A stretch of 35,753 nucleotides of DNA from Myxococcales bacterium (GTDB lineage Bacteria; Myxococcota_A; UBA9042). The stretch is taken from NCBI GenBank assembly GCA_037441385.1, contig JBBISH010000063.1, positions 1-35,753 of the forward strand, written 5' to 3'. Positions within the stretch are counted from its first letter, which is position 1. Every line of letters begins with the position of its first letter. The notes under the pieces were generated by a model. That model worked only from the letters and a program-made list of their open reading frames with translations, made no database searches and was not told where the DNA came from. Of the stretch, positions 23,220 through 31,771 are shown one piece after another. A program made the position numbers and the translations under genes.

Positions 23220-24941
23220 CTAGCCCACCGCCGCCATGAAGCACTGGATCGGCACCTGGCGGAACTGCGCCGCCGCAAAGGGGCGTTCGGCGTCTTGGCG
23301 GGCCGCCGCGTGCAACGGCTCGCACAACGGGTGGCGCAGGCCTAGCTGTTCGCTGCGCAGGTCCGCCGCCAGGCCAAGGCGGCCGCGCTGGGCCGCAACC
23401 CGCGACGCCCACAGCAGAAAGCGCGCCCGGTAGAATGGCGTTTGCTCCAGCTCCAGGCCGCGGTCCAGGGCGGTGGCGGCCTCGTCGAAGTCCCCCGAGC
23501 GCATGGCAAAGCCAGCGTGCAGCAGCTGCCAGGTCGGCTCGTTCGGGTCCGCCGCCGCGGCGCGCGCGATGTGGACGGCGGTGGCGGCCGGCTCGGCGCC
23601 GTGACACTCCAGCTGCACCGCTCGGAAGAAGTGCTGGTAGCCCGCCGCCCCCGGCCCGTCGTCAAAACGGCTCGTCGCTAGGCCCACGCCGCGCCGGTCC
23701 GGCTGGGTCGACCGCTCCGGGGCCACCTCTTCCACGCCGGGCGTGCGCTGCCAGGTCCACGGAACTTCGGTGTAGCTCCCGCGCCCCGCCGGCGCCGGCC
23801 CGGTCGAGACAAAGCAGCGCCGCGCCAGCGGATCCATCACGATGCTGTGCACGCCCGTGGGCTGGGCCAGCACACCGCCCGCGCCCCGCTCCACACCGGC
23901 GCGCTCGCCGTCTTGGTGGTCGCCCAGCAGGGCCTGCAAGTCCGCCGCGCTCAAGCCGTGTTGCGCTTTGGCCTCGCGCACCGCCCGCTCCAGCCGGTGC
24001 AGCCGCCCATGCGAGTGCGCCGAGTAGCCCGAATTCGGCGCCAGCTCCCCCGGTCGCAACTCGGCGGCCAAGTAGTGATTTGTGCTGGCCAAATGCGTCG
24101 TCGTCGGCCGAGTCACGGCCACGCCGCGCGCGTGCGTCTCGATCAGCACCGCCGTGCCTTCACTGGCCGACGAGACTAGCAGCCCCCACGTCGACGCGAT
24201 GGGCCGCTGGCGCACGATCTGCTCGGCCTGGGCCAAGGTGCTGGCATTGCGAATGATTTCGTGGCACAGGTCCACGATGGCCGCGCCGCCAAAGCGCACC
24301 TGGGTGTGCAGGCGGGTATGCGTCGTCAGGCACAGACCGGCCTCGTTCCACAGGCTGACCACGGGCGCGTCGTTGCCGCGCGTGCTGGCATAACCATAGC
24401 GAAGTCCCTGACTTGGCGTGCACAGCACCACCGTGGGCGCCGCGTCCCAGATGCCGTTGCCGGGGAAGTCGAAGTTCCGGGCGTGCAGCAGCCCCGAGTC
24501 CCGCGCATCTGGGCCCCACACCGCCAGCGACGAGCAGGCCGCCAGCGCCTGCGCCGCCACCTGCTGGGCCGCCGGGACCACCCGCACCCGCCCGGCCACG
24601 CCCACCAGGTTCTGAAACACATCCATCGCCAAGCTGTGGCGGGCCATTTCGGCCGGCAACCCCAGGGCTTGGGCGTATGCCTCGCCGCGCTCGCGCAGAT
24701 CCGCTGGCCGCTGGCCGTACAGGCGCCGCGTCAGCGCGTCGATGGCCGGCGCGATCAGGCCGGGCAGGGTGCGCATCGCCCCGCTGGGCTGGCTGCCGCG
24801 CAGCATGTGGAGCGGCATCTGCGGGTAGTAGTCCAGCGCCGGCTGGTGCCCGCCCAGCTGCCGCTGCAGTTCGCCGTGCTGGCGACCCATCTGCGCCTCT
24901 GTGCCAGAAAGGTGAAAGATGGTCAGCGGTTGCGTACTCAT
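23220..24941 (-). CDS. Peptidase C45 / AAT-family autoproteolytic Ntn-hydrolase with C-terminal TPR-like region
   Basis: N-terminal LSGTEAQMGRQHG; ACSS with the putative nucleophile Cys; LLHARNFDF, WNEAGL, STNHY and VHSIVMDP. Helical Ala-rich C-terminus; no signal peptide. Confidence 0.87.
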   Translation of the reverse strand: MSTQPLTIFHLSGTEAQMGRQHGELQRQLGGHQPALDYYPQMPLHMLRGSQPSGAMRTLPGLIAPAIDALTRRLYGQRPADLRERGEAYAQALGLPAEMARHSLAMDVFQNLVGVAGRVRVVPAAQQVAAQALAACSSLAVWGPDARDSGLLHARNFDFPGNGIWDAAPTVVLCTPSQGLRYGYASTRGNDAPVVSLWNEAGLCLTTHTRLHTQVRFGGAAIVDLCHEIIRNASTLAQAEQIVRQRPIASTWGLLVSSASEGTAVLIETHARGVAVTRPTTTHLASTNHYLAAELRPGELAPNSGYSAHSHGRLHRLERAVREAKAQHGLSAADLQALLGDHQDGERAGVERGAGGVLAQPTGVHSIVMDPLARRCFVSTGPAPAGRGSYTEVPWTWQRTPGVEEVAPERSTQPDRRGVGLATSRFDDGPGAAGYQHFFRAVQLECHGAEPAATAVHIARAAAADPNEPTWQLLHAGFAMRSGDFDEAATALDRGLELEQTPFYRARFLLWASRVAAQRGRLGLAADLRSEQLGLRHPLCEPLHAAARQDAERPFAAAQFRQVPIQCFMAAVG

Positions 24942-24942
24942 C

Positions 24943-25563
24943 TCAACTCCGAGTCGCGGCCTGGGCCGCCGCAGGCAGGCGCAGCGGGTCCAGCACCCGC
25001 CGGCAGAACAAATCCAGGGCCGGCAGCGGATCCGTACCCTGCCGAACCTGTTGAATCAGAAGACCATCCAAGGTCGCCGCACACAGCTCGACCAGGGTCT
25101 GCACGTTGCAGTCCGCGAGTTGTCCGCGCGCCATCGCCTCGCCCAGCAGCAGAGTCGCCGCGTCCTGCAGTTGCACCGCGTAATCCCGCGTCGCCTCTAG
25201 CACTTTGGCCGGGTGCTCCGGGTCGCCCATCGCCCAGAACTGGATGAGCACGGCCAGCAACTGCGGGTCCTCGGCATAGAACGCGCAAACGCCGCGCAGC
25301 CACACTTCGGCCAGGGCCAGCGGATCGTCGGTCCCGGTCATGCGCGCGAGCAGGAACGTGCGCTGGCGCTCCAGGATCACCGCTAGCACCGCCTCGAACA
25401 CCTCGCCCATGTTCTTGAAATACCAGTACAATGCCGGTCTGCCCATGCCCAGCGCGACCGCCAGCTCGCTCATGGTGACGCGGCGCATTCCTTGGCTGCG
25501 CACAAAGGCGAGCGAGCGCAAGGCCAGGTCAGTGCGGCGTTCTTGGTCGACAGTGCGCGGCAT
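24943..25563 (-). CDS. TetR/AcrR-family transcriptional regulator
   Basis: HTH region QGMRRVTMSELAVALGMGRPALYWYFKNMGEVF. Its stop lies 1 nt before the C45 gene start. Confidence 0.93.
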   Translation of the reverse strand: MPRTVDQERRTDLALRSLAFVRSQGMRRVTMSELAVALGMGRPALYWYFKNMGEVFEAVLAVILERQRTFLLARMTGTDDPLALAEVWLRGVCAFYAEDPQLLAVLIQFWAMGDPEHPAKVLEATRDYAVQLQDAATLLLGEAMARGQLADCNVQTLVELCAATLDGLLIQQVRQGTDPLPALDLFCRRVLDPLRLPAAAQAATRS

Positions 25564-25588
25564 GGGGCCACCAGGGCGAAATGGTTGC

Positions 25589-25630
25589 CTGACAGAGTGT
25601 CAGTTTATCATTTCTTGACGGCTTGTCAAG
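25589..25630 (-). promoter_or_regulatory. Sigma70-type promoter overlapped by two TGAC-N5-GTCA operators
   Basis: On the minus strand, TTGACA (25629-25624), a 16-nt spacer ending TGA, then TAAACT (25607-25602). Palindromes CTGACA-GAG-TGTCAG (25589-25603) and CTTGAC-GGCTT-GTCAAG (25614-25630). Confidence 0.8.
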
Positions 25631-25691
25631 GAACGCCCGCCGCCGTCACCACCTGCCCTACCGATTGCCTACTCTGCCGCCATGTCGAATG

Positions 25692-25875
25692 GCCCTCACC
25701 CCCGGCCTACGGCCGACCCCTCTCCCACTGAAGTTGGCGAGGAGTAAAGGGAAATTGCATTGCCCCTCGCCCAAAGCGTTGGGAGAGGAGGGGTCCCCGC
25801 GGTGAGCGAAGCGAACGAGTGGCGCCAGCGGCGTCGGGAGAGCGGGGCGGCCGCCGCAGGCGGCGGGGTGAGGGC
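25692..25875. repeat. CCCTCACCCC/CCTCTCCC-type REP-like palindromic element
   Basis: GCCCTCACCCC (25692-25702) and GGGGTGAGGGC (25865-25875) form a perfect IR, with inner CCTCTCCCA / TGGGAGAGG arms. Confidence 0.75.
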
Positions 25876-25917
25876 TAAGTGCCGCGGTTCGCACAGGTTT
25901 CCAATAGAACTAGGGTG

Positions 25918-27057
25918 CTAGTAGCTATCCGGTAAGGCCGCCGTCACCAGCCACTGCCGCAGCGCCGCCATCTGGCCCATCTGCCGGCCCAATTCGCCCA
26001 AGAACGGCGCCGCCAGCGGCTGCAGACCGCGCTCCCGCAGCACGTCGCCCAGGTGGCCGGCCTGGCGGTGCGCCAAATTGCACCAGATGGCCTTGAGTTG
26101 CTGGGTCTCGGCCGGCATCGCCAACAGGTGGATGGCGCGCTGGGTCCACACCACCGCCACGTCGTCGGGCTGCAAAAAGGCCTGCCAGCGCCTCTGCAAT
26201 TCGCCCGACGGCACCGCCGCCGCCCACGCGCCCTCCGGCAGGTCCAAGTACGGCAGCTTGGCCGCCTCGCTGGCCGGGTCGTCGCTCACCAGGCACTCGA
26301 AGCGCTCGTCGGTCGCAAGGCGCCACGCGCACACATGAATCGGCCGGAACGCCCCGCGCGCGCCCACCGTGTCCACGTGTACTAGCACGTGCCGCTCGGG
26401 GCTCTGGGCCAGCGTCGCGGGGACGTGCACCGGCGGCCGCACGCGGGGCACCTTGAAGCGCCGCTGTCCTTGCCCCACATGCGCCACTTGCGTGTCGATC
26501 ATCGCGTCAAAGGCGCGCAGCAGCTCGTCAAAACCCGGCGTGTCCGGCTCCAGCGCGTGCAAGGTCGCGACGATGGCCTCCAGCGTCGACACGTAGTGTA
26601 TCTGCGGCTCGGCGCGGATGCGGTAGCGGGTGGGCGTGGGCGCCGCCAAGTACACGTGCGGCAAGTCGTTCAGCCACGGGTTGGCGCGCACCACGGCCTT
26701 GACTTGGTGCCAGGTGCCGTCGAGCACCAACAAAGCCCCAGGCCGTTCGGCGGGTTGTAGGCTCTCGACCGCGCGCGCCTTGGCGCTGGGGAACAGCACG
26801 GCGGTCCCCGCGGGCAACCGGTCGCGGAGCTGCGACGGCTCGTTCGACCACGGCGCGTGCACCTCGACTTCGCAGTGCTGTAGCCCCAACGCCGCAAAGC
26901 GCACGGTGCCGATCGGCCGATTCCTTTCGCGCGGATGCTGCAGGATGTAGACGGGCGTGCAGTTGGCCACCCGCGGCAACAGGGCGCAAACGCACACCCG
27001 CGCGGGCTTGAAGCACCGGTAGCAGAACGCGCGGATCGAGTCGGCAGTCGTAGTCAA
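25918..27057 (-). CDS. DTW-domain protein (tRNA-uridine aminocarboxypropyltransferase family) with extra ~150-aa C-terminal domain
   Basis: RAFCYRCFKPARVCVC, ILQHPRE, VLFP, LLVLDGTW, YRIRAEP and STLEA. TTG 27057 was chosen as the start, just after the upstream gene's stop. Confidence 0.9.
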   Translation of the reverse strand: MTTTADSIRAFCYRCFKPARVCVCALLPRVANCTPVYILQHPRERNRPIGTVRFAALGLQHCEVEVHAPWSNEPSQLRDRLPAGTAVLFPSAKARAVESLQPAERPGALLVLDGTWHQVKAVVRANPWLNDLPHVYLAAPTPTRYRIRAEPQIHYVSTLEAIVATLHALEPDTPGFDELLRAFDAMIDTQVAHVGQGQRRFKVPRVRPPVHVPATLAQSPERHVLVHVDTVGARGAFRPIHVCAWRLATDERFECLVSDDPASEAAKLPYLDLPEGAWAAAVPSGELQRRWQAFLQPDDVAVVWTQRAIHLLAMPAETQQLKAIWCNLAHRQAGHLGDVLRERGLQPLAAPFLGELGRQMGQMAALRQWLVTAALPDSY

Positions 27058-27073
27058 GGTGCCAGCAGACCCT

Positions 27074-28318
27074 CTACGCAAAGGTGGGCACAACCACGCT
27101 GGCCTCCTCTTTGGACAGCGTGATGGCCTTGTGCGCACGGCGGACGATGGCCTGCGGGCTGTCGGCGCGCTCGCCCAAGCTTGCGACCCCAAAGCGGATC
27201 ACCAGGCCTCCGTGGTCTTTCAGGAACCGTTCGGCGCGCGCTTGGATGCGCTCGGCCAGCTGCATGGCCACGTTCTCGTGCTGGCTGCGGCTGCCGGCTG
27301 GATCGCCTTGAACCGCCGTAAGCTCGGGCAAAATCACCGCAAATTCGGCGCCGCCCAAATGGCAGATGGCGTCAAAGGGCTGGTCGTCGTCTGGCTTGCC
27401 CACCTTGCGCGCCGAAGTCCGCAGAATCCCAGCAAACTGACCAAGCAGCTGCTCGCCCGCCGTGTACCCAGCATGTTCGCAGTAGGCCTTGAAGGGATCC
27501 AAGTCGAGCCGCAACAAGGCCAATTGCCGGCCACTCGCCTGGCAGCGCTGGAACTCGCTGGCCATGCGCCGGTCAAAGTACATGCGATTGTGCAGGCCGG
27601 TCTGGGGATCCGTAACGGCGGCAACGGCGAGATCGCGCTCGCGCTGCCGCAGCCGGTCCATCAGCAGGCCGCCAATGACCGCGACGGCCACGTTGCTCGC
27701 CAACGTCCACGACCACAGCAGCAGCGTCTGGGTCAGCGGCCCGTCTTTGCTCACCGCCATCAGCGGCATGGCCACGGGAGGCAGCACCGCGTTGAAGTTG
27801 GCCGACAGGACGCCGCCGTGCATCAGCGCCGCCAACACCACCACCAACCATGCGTCGCGGCGGTTTTCGAGCACGACGGCGGCCTCCAGCGTCACCAGCA
27901 GATAGGCGACCCAGAACCAACTGACCGAGCCGCCGCTGTAGTGCACCACCGCGCTGATCAGCGCCAAATCGGTGATCAGCTGGGCTTGGACCAAGCTGTG
28001 CAGCGGCATGCGCCACGAGATTCCAAACTGCAGCGCAGCGTTGTACAGCACGGCCGCGCCCAGCGCCGCCAGCGGCTCCCACAGGTGCCCCAGCAGCACC
28101 TCGCGCAAGCCACTCCACGTGTAGATCGCCGCGGCCACGCCGCCATACAAGGCCATGATCACCAAGAGCAACCAGCGCGCCTTGACCACCAGCGCCGCCC
28201 GCTCGGCCAGCACCTCGCTGCGATCGTCGTCGCTGTCCAGGCGGTCGTCTCCGGCAAGCGAAACCTGGGCAGCGGCCAGTGCCGCCTGCGGATTCTGAAG
28301 CGCTGTGGGTTCTGCCAT
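27074..28318 (-). CDS. Membrane-bound degenerate GGDEF-domain protein (GGAEF)
   Basis: About 5-6 TM helices, then TDPQTGLHNRMYF, LDLDPFK, HLGGAEFAVILP, AERI, FGVA and RAHKAI. The start could be ATG 28318 or further upstream. Confidence 0.88.
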   Translation of the reverse strand: MAEPTALQNPQAALAAAQVSLAGDDRLDSDDDRSEVLAERAALVVKARWLLLVIMALYGGVAAAIYTWSGLREVLLGHLWEPLAALGAAVLYNAALQFGISWRMPLHSLVQAQLITDLALISAVVHYSGGSVSWFWVAYLLVTLEAAVVLENRRDAWLVVVLAALMHGGVLSANFNAVLPPVAMPLMAVSKDGPLTQTLLLWSWTLASNVAVAVIGGLLMDRLRQRERDLAVAAVTDPQTGLHNRMYFDRRMASEFQRCQASGRQLALLRLDLDPFKAYCEHAGYTAGEQLLGQFAGILRTSARKVGKPDDDQPFDAICHLGGAEFAVILPELTAVQGDPAGSRSQHENVAMQLAERIQARAERFLKDHGGLVIRFGVASLGERADSPQAIVRRAHKAITLSKEEASVVVPTFA

Positions 28319-28601
28319 CGCGACCAGCCATGTCGAGGTAATAATGCCCCCGATTGCCAAACTGCGGTCTGAACGTCAAGGTCTAGGCCCCCAACGGTGT
28401 CACGGAATCGTCCCGGAGTGGCGGCAGCAAGGAGGTGGCGGGAGCGCGCTCCCTGGCTGCAGCGGGTCGGGGCCGCCGCTGACTGGAGAATCGGCGTGGC
28501 CGTCGATTTGACTGGGCCCTATTCGGTAGCTACCCTTAGGCGCAGACTGTCTGGCGCTGCCCGCTACCCGGCGCTGGGCGCCCACACGATCCAGGGAGAA
28601 G

Positions 28602-30449
28602 ATGATGATGAACAAGGCCCTTCGTATCTTGCTCGGCGCCTCGCTGGCCGCCATGGCCATTTGCCCCGCGGCAGCTCAGGCGAGCGTCCCGTCTACCACC
28701 GCGATCGAGGGCGCGCTCCTGTCCGGTTCGGGCAGTCCGGCCGCCGATGGCATCTACAACATCATGTTTGCCATCTACAAAGACGCCGTTGGCGGCAATC
28801 CCGTGTGGAGCGAGGGGCCGGTTGGTATCACGGTGAAGTCTGGATCCTTCCAATACAATTTGGGAACCAAGACGCCGCTTACCGCCGCCGCCCTCAGCGG
28901 CCTGGCGACTGCGTACGTGACCATGAAGGTCGAGTCGGATCCCGAGCTGCCGCGCGTGCCCATGACGTCGGTGGTGTACGCTCTGCGCGCCGCTGTGGCC
29001 GAAGGCATCGAGTGCTCGGGCTGCGTGGGCGCCAGCGCTCTGGACCCGCAAGCCCTGGCCGCCTATGCCAAAACGGCTGACCTGAGCGCCTACGCCAAGA
29101 CCGCCTCGCTGGCCAAGGTCGCCACCTCGGGCGCCTTTGCCGACTTGACCGGCGGTCCCGACCTGAGCGGCTACGCCAAGACCACCGACCTGGCCGCCTA
29201 CGCCAAGAGCGCTTCTCTGGCCAAAGTGGCCGGAACCGGCTCGTATGCCGATCTGGCCAACAGCCCCGACCTGAGCGTCTTCGCCAAGGCCACGGACCTC
29301 AGCGCCTACGTCAAGGCGGCCTCGCTCGCCAAGGTCGCCGGCTCGGGCGCCTACGCCGATCTGAGCGGCACGCCCACCCCGGTTTCCATGGGCAAGACCT
29401 GCGGCACCGGCCTGGTCATGAACGGCATCAACGCCGACGGCTCGTACTCTTGCATCGCTTCGGCGATCTCCGCCGACATGATCGACGAGATCAGCAACGG
29501 CTTGATTTGGGACCAGTTCGTCGACTCGCAGGCCGGCACTCCCAATGTCAAGATCCCCGACGGCCTGGGCGCCGGCACCACCGACACCCTCACCTTCCCC
29601 GACATCGGCATCGCCCAAAAGATCTGGGTTAACGCGAACATCGCAAACTCCGACCTGAGCGGCATCCGCGTCGAACTGTACGGCCCGGGCATCGCGACCC
29701 CCTACGTCCTATACAACGGCGGCAAGACCGGCACCGCGCTCACCACCAACTTCAACACCGACATGCCGATCGTCTCGGGCGACATGAACAAGGACTGGGT
29801 TGGCCAGAACATCAAGGGTTCCTGGTCGATCACTGTAAAGGACCTCAAGGCCGGCGGCGGCACGGGCGGCTTTGACGGCACGTTTAGCTGGTCCATGAAT
29901 ATCCAAACCTTGTCGAGCAAGAAGATCCAGATCAAGGGTAACCTGATCGTCGACGGCAGCCTTTCCGCTGGCGGCGGCGTCGGTGGTTTGGTCGCCGGCA
30001 CAACCTATCGCCGCATCTGCTCGTGGGGCTGGCAGAGCAACAGCGACTGGCCGGTTAGCCAATCCCAATGCACGCCTCCGGCCTGCTCCGCGGGCGACAC
30101 CGACCTGGGCGTTCAGCAACTGACCCGCTCTGCTGTCACGGGCTACGATCCCTGGTGCTGCTGGCACGCCACCTCGTGCGGCACCTCAGAGCGCGTCTGC
30201 ATGATCCCGCCCACCAAGCCCACCACGGTCTACACCACCCAGTGCCAGTGGGTGAACTCGTGCTACAACTGCGACAACGCATCGAGCCTGGTCACCAGTT
30301 GCACACCGCCGGCCTGCGCCACGGGCGCCAAAGACTACGGCACCCAGAACGTGTGGAACAGCGTGGACACCAACGTGCAATACAGCCAAGCCCACGACGC
30401 CAGCTCTGTGGCGGGCTGGACCGAGCGCGTCTGCGTCATCCAGAACTAG
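28602..30449 (+). CDS. Secreted modular protein: N-terminal domain, tail-fibre-like repeats, proprotein-convertase P-like domain, duplicated Cys-rich C-terminal domain
   Basis: GGGAG RBS and signal peptide ending AAQA. Three 36-aa repeats (AYAKTADLSAYAKTASLAKVATSGAFADL). IPDG...DTLTF...IRVELYGP...GSWSITVKD...WSMNI is P-domain-like. Two CTPPAC...ERVC units end the protein. Confidence 0.85.
   Translation: MMMNKALRILLGASLAAMAICPAAAQASVPSTTAIEGALLSGSGSPAADGIYNIMFAIYKDAVGGNPVWSEGPVGITVKSGSFQYNLGTKTPLTAAALSGLATAYVTMKVESDPELPRVPMTSVVYALRAAVAEGIECSGCVGASALDPQALAAYAKTADLSAYAKTASLAKVATSGAFADLTGGPDLSGYAKTTDLAAYAKSASLAKVAGTGSYADLANSPDLSVFAKATDLSAYVKAASLAKVAGSGAYADLSGTPTPVSMGKTCGTGLVMNGINADGSYSCIASAISADMIDEISNGLIWDQFVDSQAGTPNVKIPDGLGAGTTDTLTFPDIGIAQKIWVNANIANSDLSGIRVELYGPGIATPYVLYNGGKTGTALTTNFNTDMPIVSGDMNKDWVGQNIKGSWSITVKDLKAGGGTGGFDGTFSWSMNIQTLSSKKIQIKGNLIVDGSLSAGGGVGGLVAGTTYRRICSWGWQSNSDWPVSQSQCTPPACSAGDTDLGVQQLTRSAVTGYDPWCCWHATSCGTSERVCMIPPTKPTTVYTTQCQWVNSCYNCDNASSLVTSCTPPACATGAKDYGTQNVWNSVDTNVQYSQAHDASSVAGWTERVCVIQN
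29061..29376 (+). repeat. 108-bp intragenic tandem repeat, about 3 copies
   Basis: Units start at 29061, 29169 and 29277, giving a 36-aa period. Confidence 0.9.
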
Positions 30450-30608
30450 CGAAGCAGTGCCAGCCTTGCCGCGTGCCCTTTGCGCCCATGCCGAGTTGTC
30501 GTGGCGGGGCGATTTCTACTGCCCTGGACCGCCTGCGTTGGGCCGTCGCGCTGCGGCCGGGCACGGGCAACCTACCGCAGTCGGGGTGGGCCGCGCACAA
30601 GGCGACGC

Positions 30609-31241
30609 ATGAACACCGGCACGGTTGACTCGTATCTGCAAGACGGCTGCGGACGCTGCGACCTGTACCGCACGGCCGACTGCAAGGTCTTGCGTTGGAC
30701 GCCTGCGCTGACGCAGCTGCGCGAGCTGGCGCGTTCTGCCGGGCTGGACGAGGGGCTGAAATGGGGCTCGCCGTGCTTCACGCTGGGCGGGAAAAACGTC
30801 GCGATGATCGTCGCTTTCAAGGAGTCGTGCGCGCTGCAGTTCTTCAAGGGCACGGCCCTGGCCGACCCGGATGGCCTGCTCGAGCCCGCCGGACCCCACT
30901 CGCAGCACAGCCGCTTGGTCCGGTTTGTGACGAATGAGCAGGTGGCGCCCAAGCGCGTGCAATTGCTCAAGCTTTTGGCGCAGGCCAGCGTCGCGGCACG
31001 CGACGGCGTGCAGGTGGCGACCAAGACCGCGCGCGAGCCGATGCCCGACGAACTGGCGCAGCGCCTTGCAGCCGACCCGCAACTGGCCCAAGCATTCCAA
31101 GCGCTTACGCCAGGTCGGCAGCGCAGCCACATTCTGCACGTCCGCGGCGCCAAGCAGAGCGTGACTCGGGCGCGCCGAGTTGAGGCCTGCATTCCCAAAA
31201 TTCGGGCCCGTCGCGGCTTCCTGGATCCCTATACATGCTGA
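30609..31241 (+). CDS. ydeI: YdeI/OmpD-associated family protein (DUF1801 + OmdA-like)
   Basis: VDSYL, LTQLREL, EGLKWGSPCF, AFKESCALQFFKGTALADP, MPDEL, AFQALTPGRQRS and AKQSVTRARRV. Confidence 0.9.
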   Translation: MNTGTVDSYLQDGCGRCDLYRTADCKVLRWTPALTQLRELARSAGLDEGLKWGSPCFTLGGKNVAMIVAFKESCALQFFKGTALADPDGLLEPAGPHSQHSRLVRFVTNEQVAPKRVQLLKLLAQASVAARDGVQVATKTAREPMPDELAQRLAADPQLAQAFQALTPGRQRSHILHVRGAKQSVTRARRVEACIPKIRARRGFLDPYTC

Positions 31242-31262
31242 TAGAGATCGAACATCACTGCC

Positions 31263-31748
31263 ATGGTTCACACCGCCGATCCCATTGAAATTCTTCGCAG
31301 ATCTTCCGGGTTGTCGCTGGATGCCGAGGGGATGCTGCTGCACGACGGCGAGCCGATCCAACATCCCGGGCTGCGCCAACTCTTCCAAAGCGGCCTGGAC
31401 GTGCTGCCCAGCGGCGAGGCCATCGTGCGCATCGGCGAGCAGTGGGCCTACGTCGCGACTCTGGATACACCGTTTGTGATTCAGAGGTTGCGCGTCCACG
31501 GCGATCAAGCGACCTTGCGGCTGAACACGGGCGCCCATGTGACGGTGCCCTTGGCCGGCCTGCGGCTGCAGTTGCACGGCGACCACCAGCTAGCGGTGAT
31601 TGGCCAGCCCAATGGCCACGTTGCGCGCCTGAGTCGCCGCGCCTGGCACGCAGTCGCGCTGCATCTGGACCTGGGCGAAGACGGCCGCCTGTGGCTGCAA
31701 CTGGGCCAGCACCGCGTTGCGGTCGAGCGGCTCGCGCCAGGAACGTAG
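31263..31748 (+). CDS. Hypothetical protein, DUF1285-like
   Basis: LDAEGMLLHDGEPIQHPGLRQLF...YVATLDTPFVI...LRLNTG...ARLSR resembles the DUF1285 pattern. Confidence 0.7.
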   Translation: MVHTADPIEILRRSSGLSLDAEGMLLHDGEPIQHPGLRQLFQSGLDVLPSGEAIVRIGEQWAYVATLDTPFVIQRLRVHGDQATLRLNTGAHVTVPLAGLRLQLHGDHQLAVIGQPNGHVARLSRRAWHAVALHLDLGEDGRLWLQLGQHRVAVERLAPGT

Positions 31749-31771
31749 GGCTCGTCGAGTCCGCCGCCCCA

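Noticed and set aside
28337..28351. GGTAATAATGCCCCC as a further copy of the AGAAAATGCCCCCC family
   Set aside because: It is a single degenerate match with no partner IR or flanking similarity.
28602..30449. Prophage remnant suggested by tail-fibre-like repeats
   Set aside because: The protein has a Sec signal peptide and host-like codon usage, and no other phage genes are nearby.
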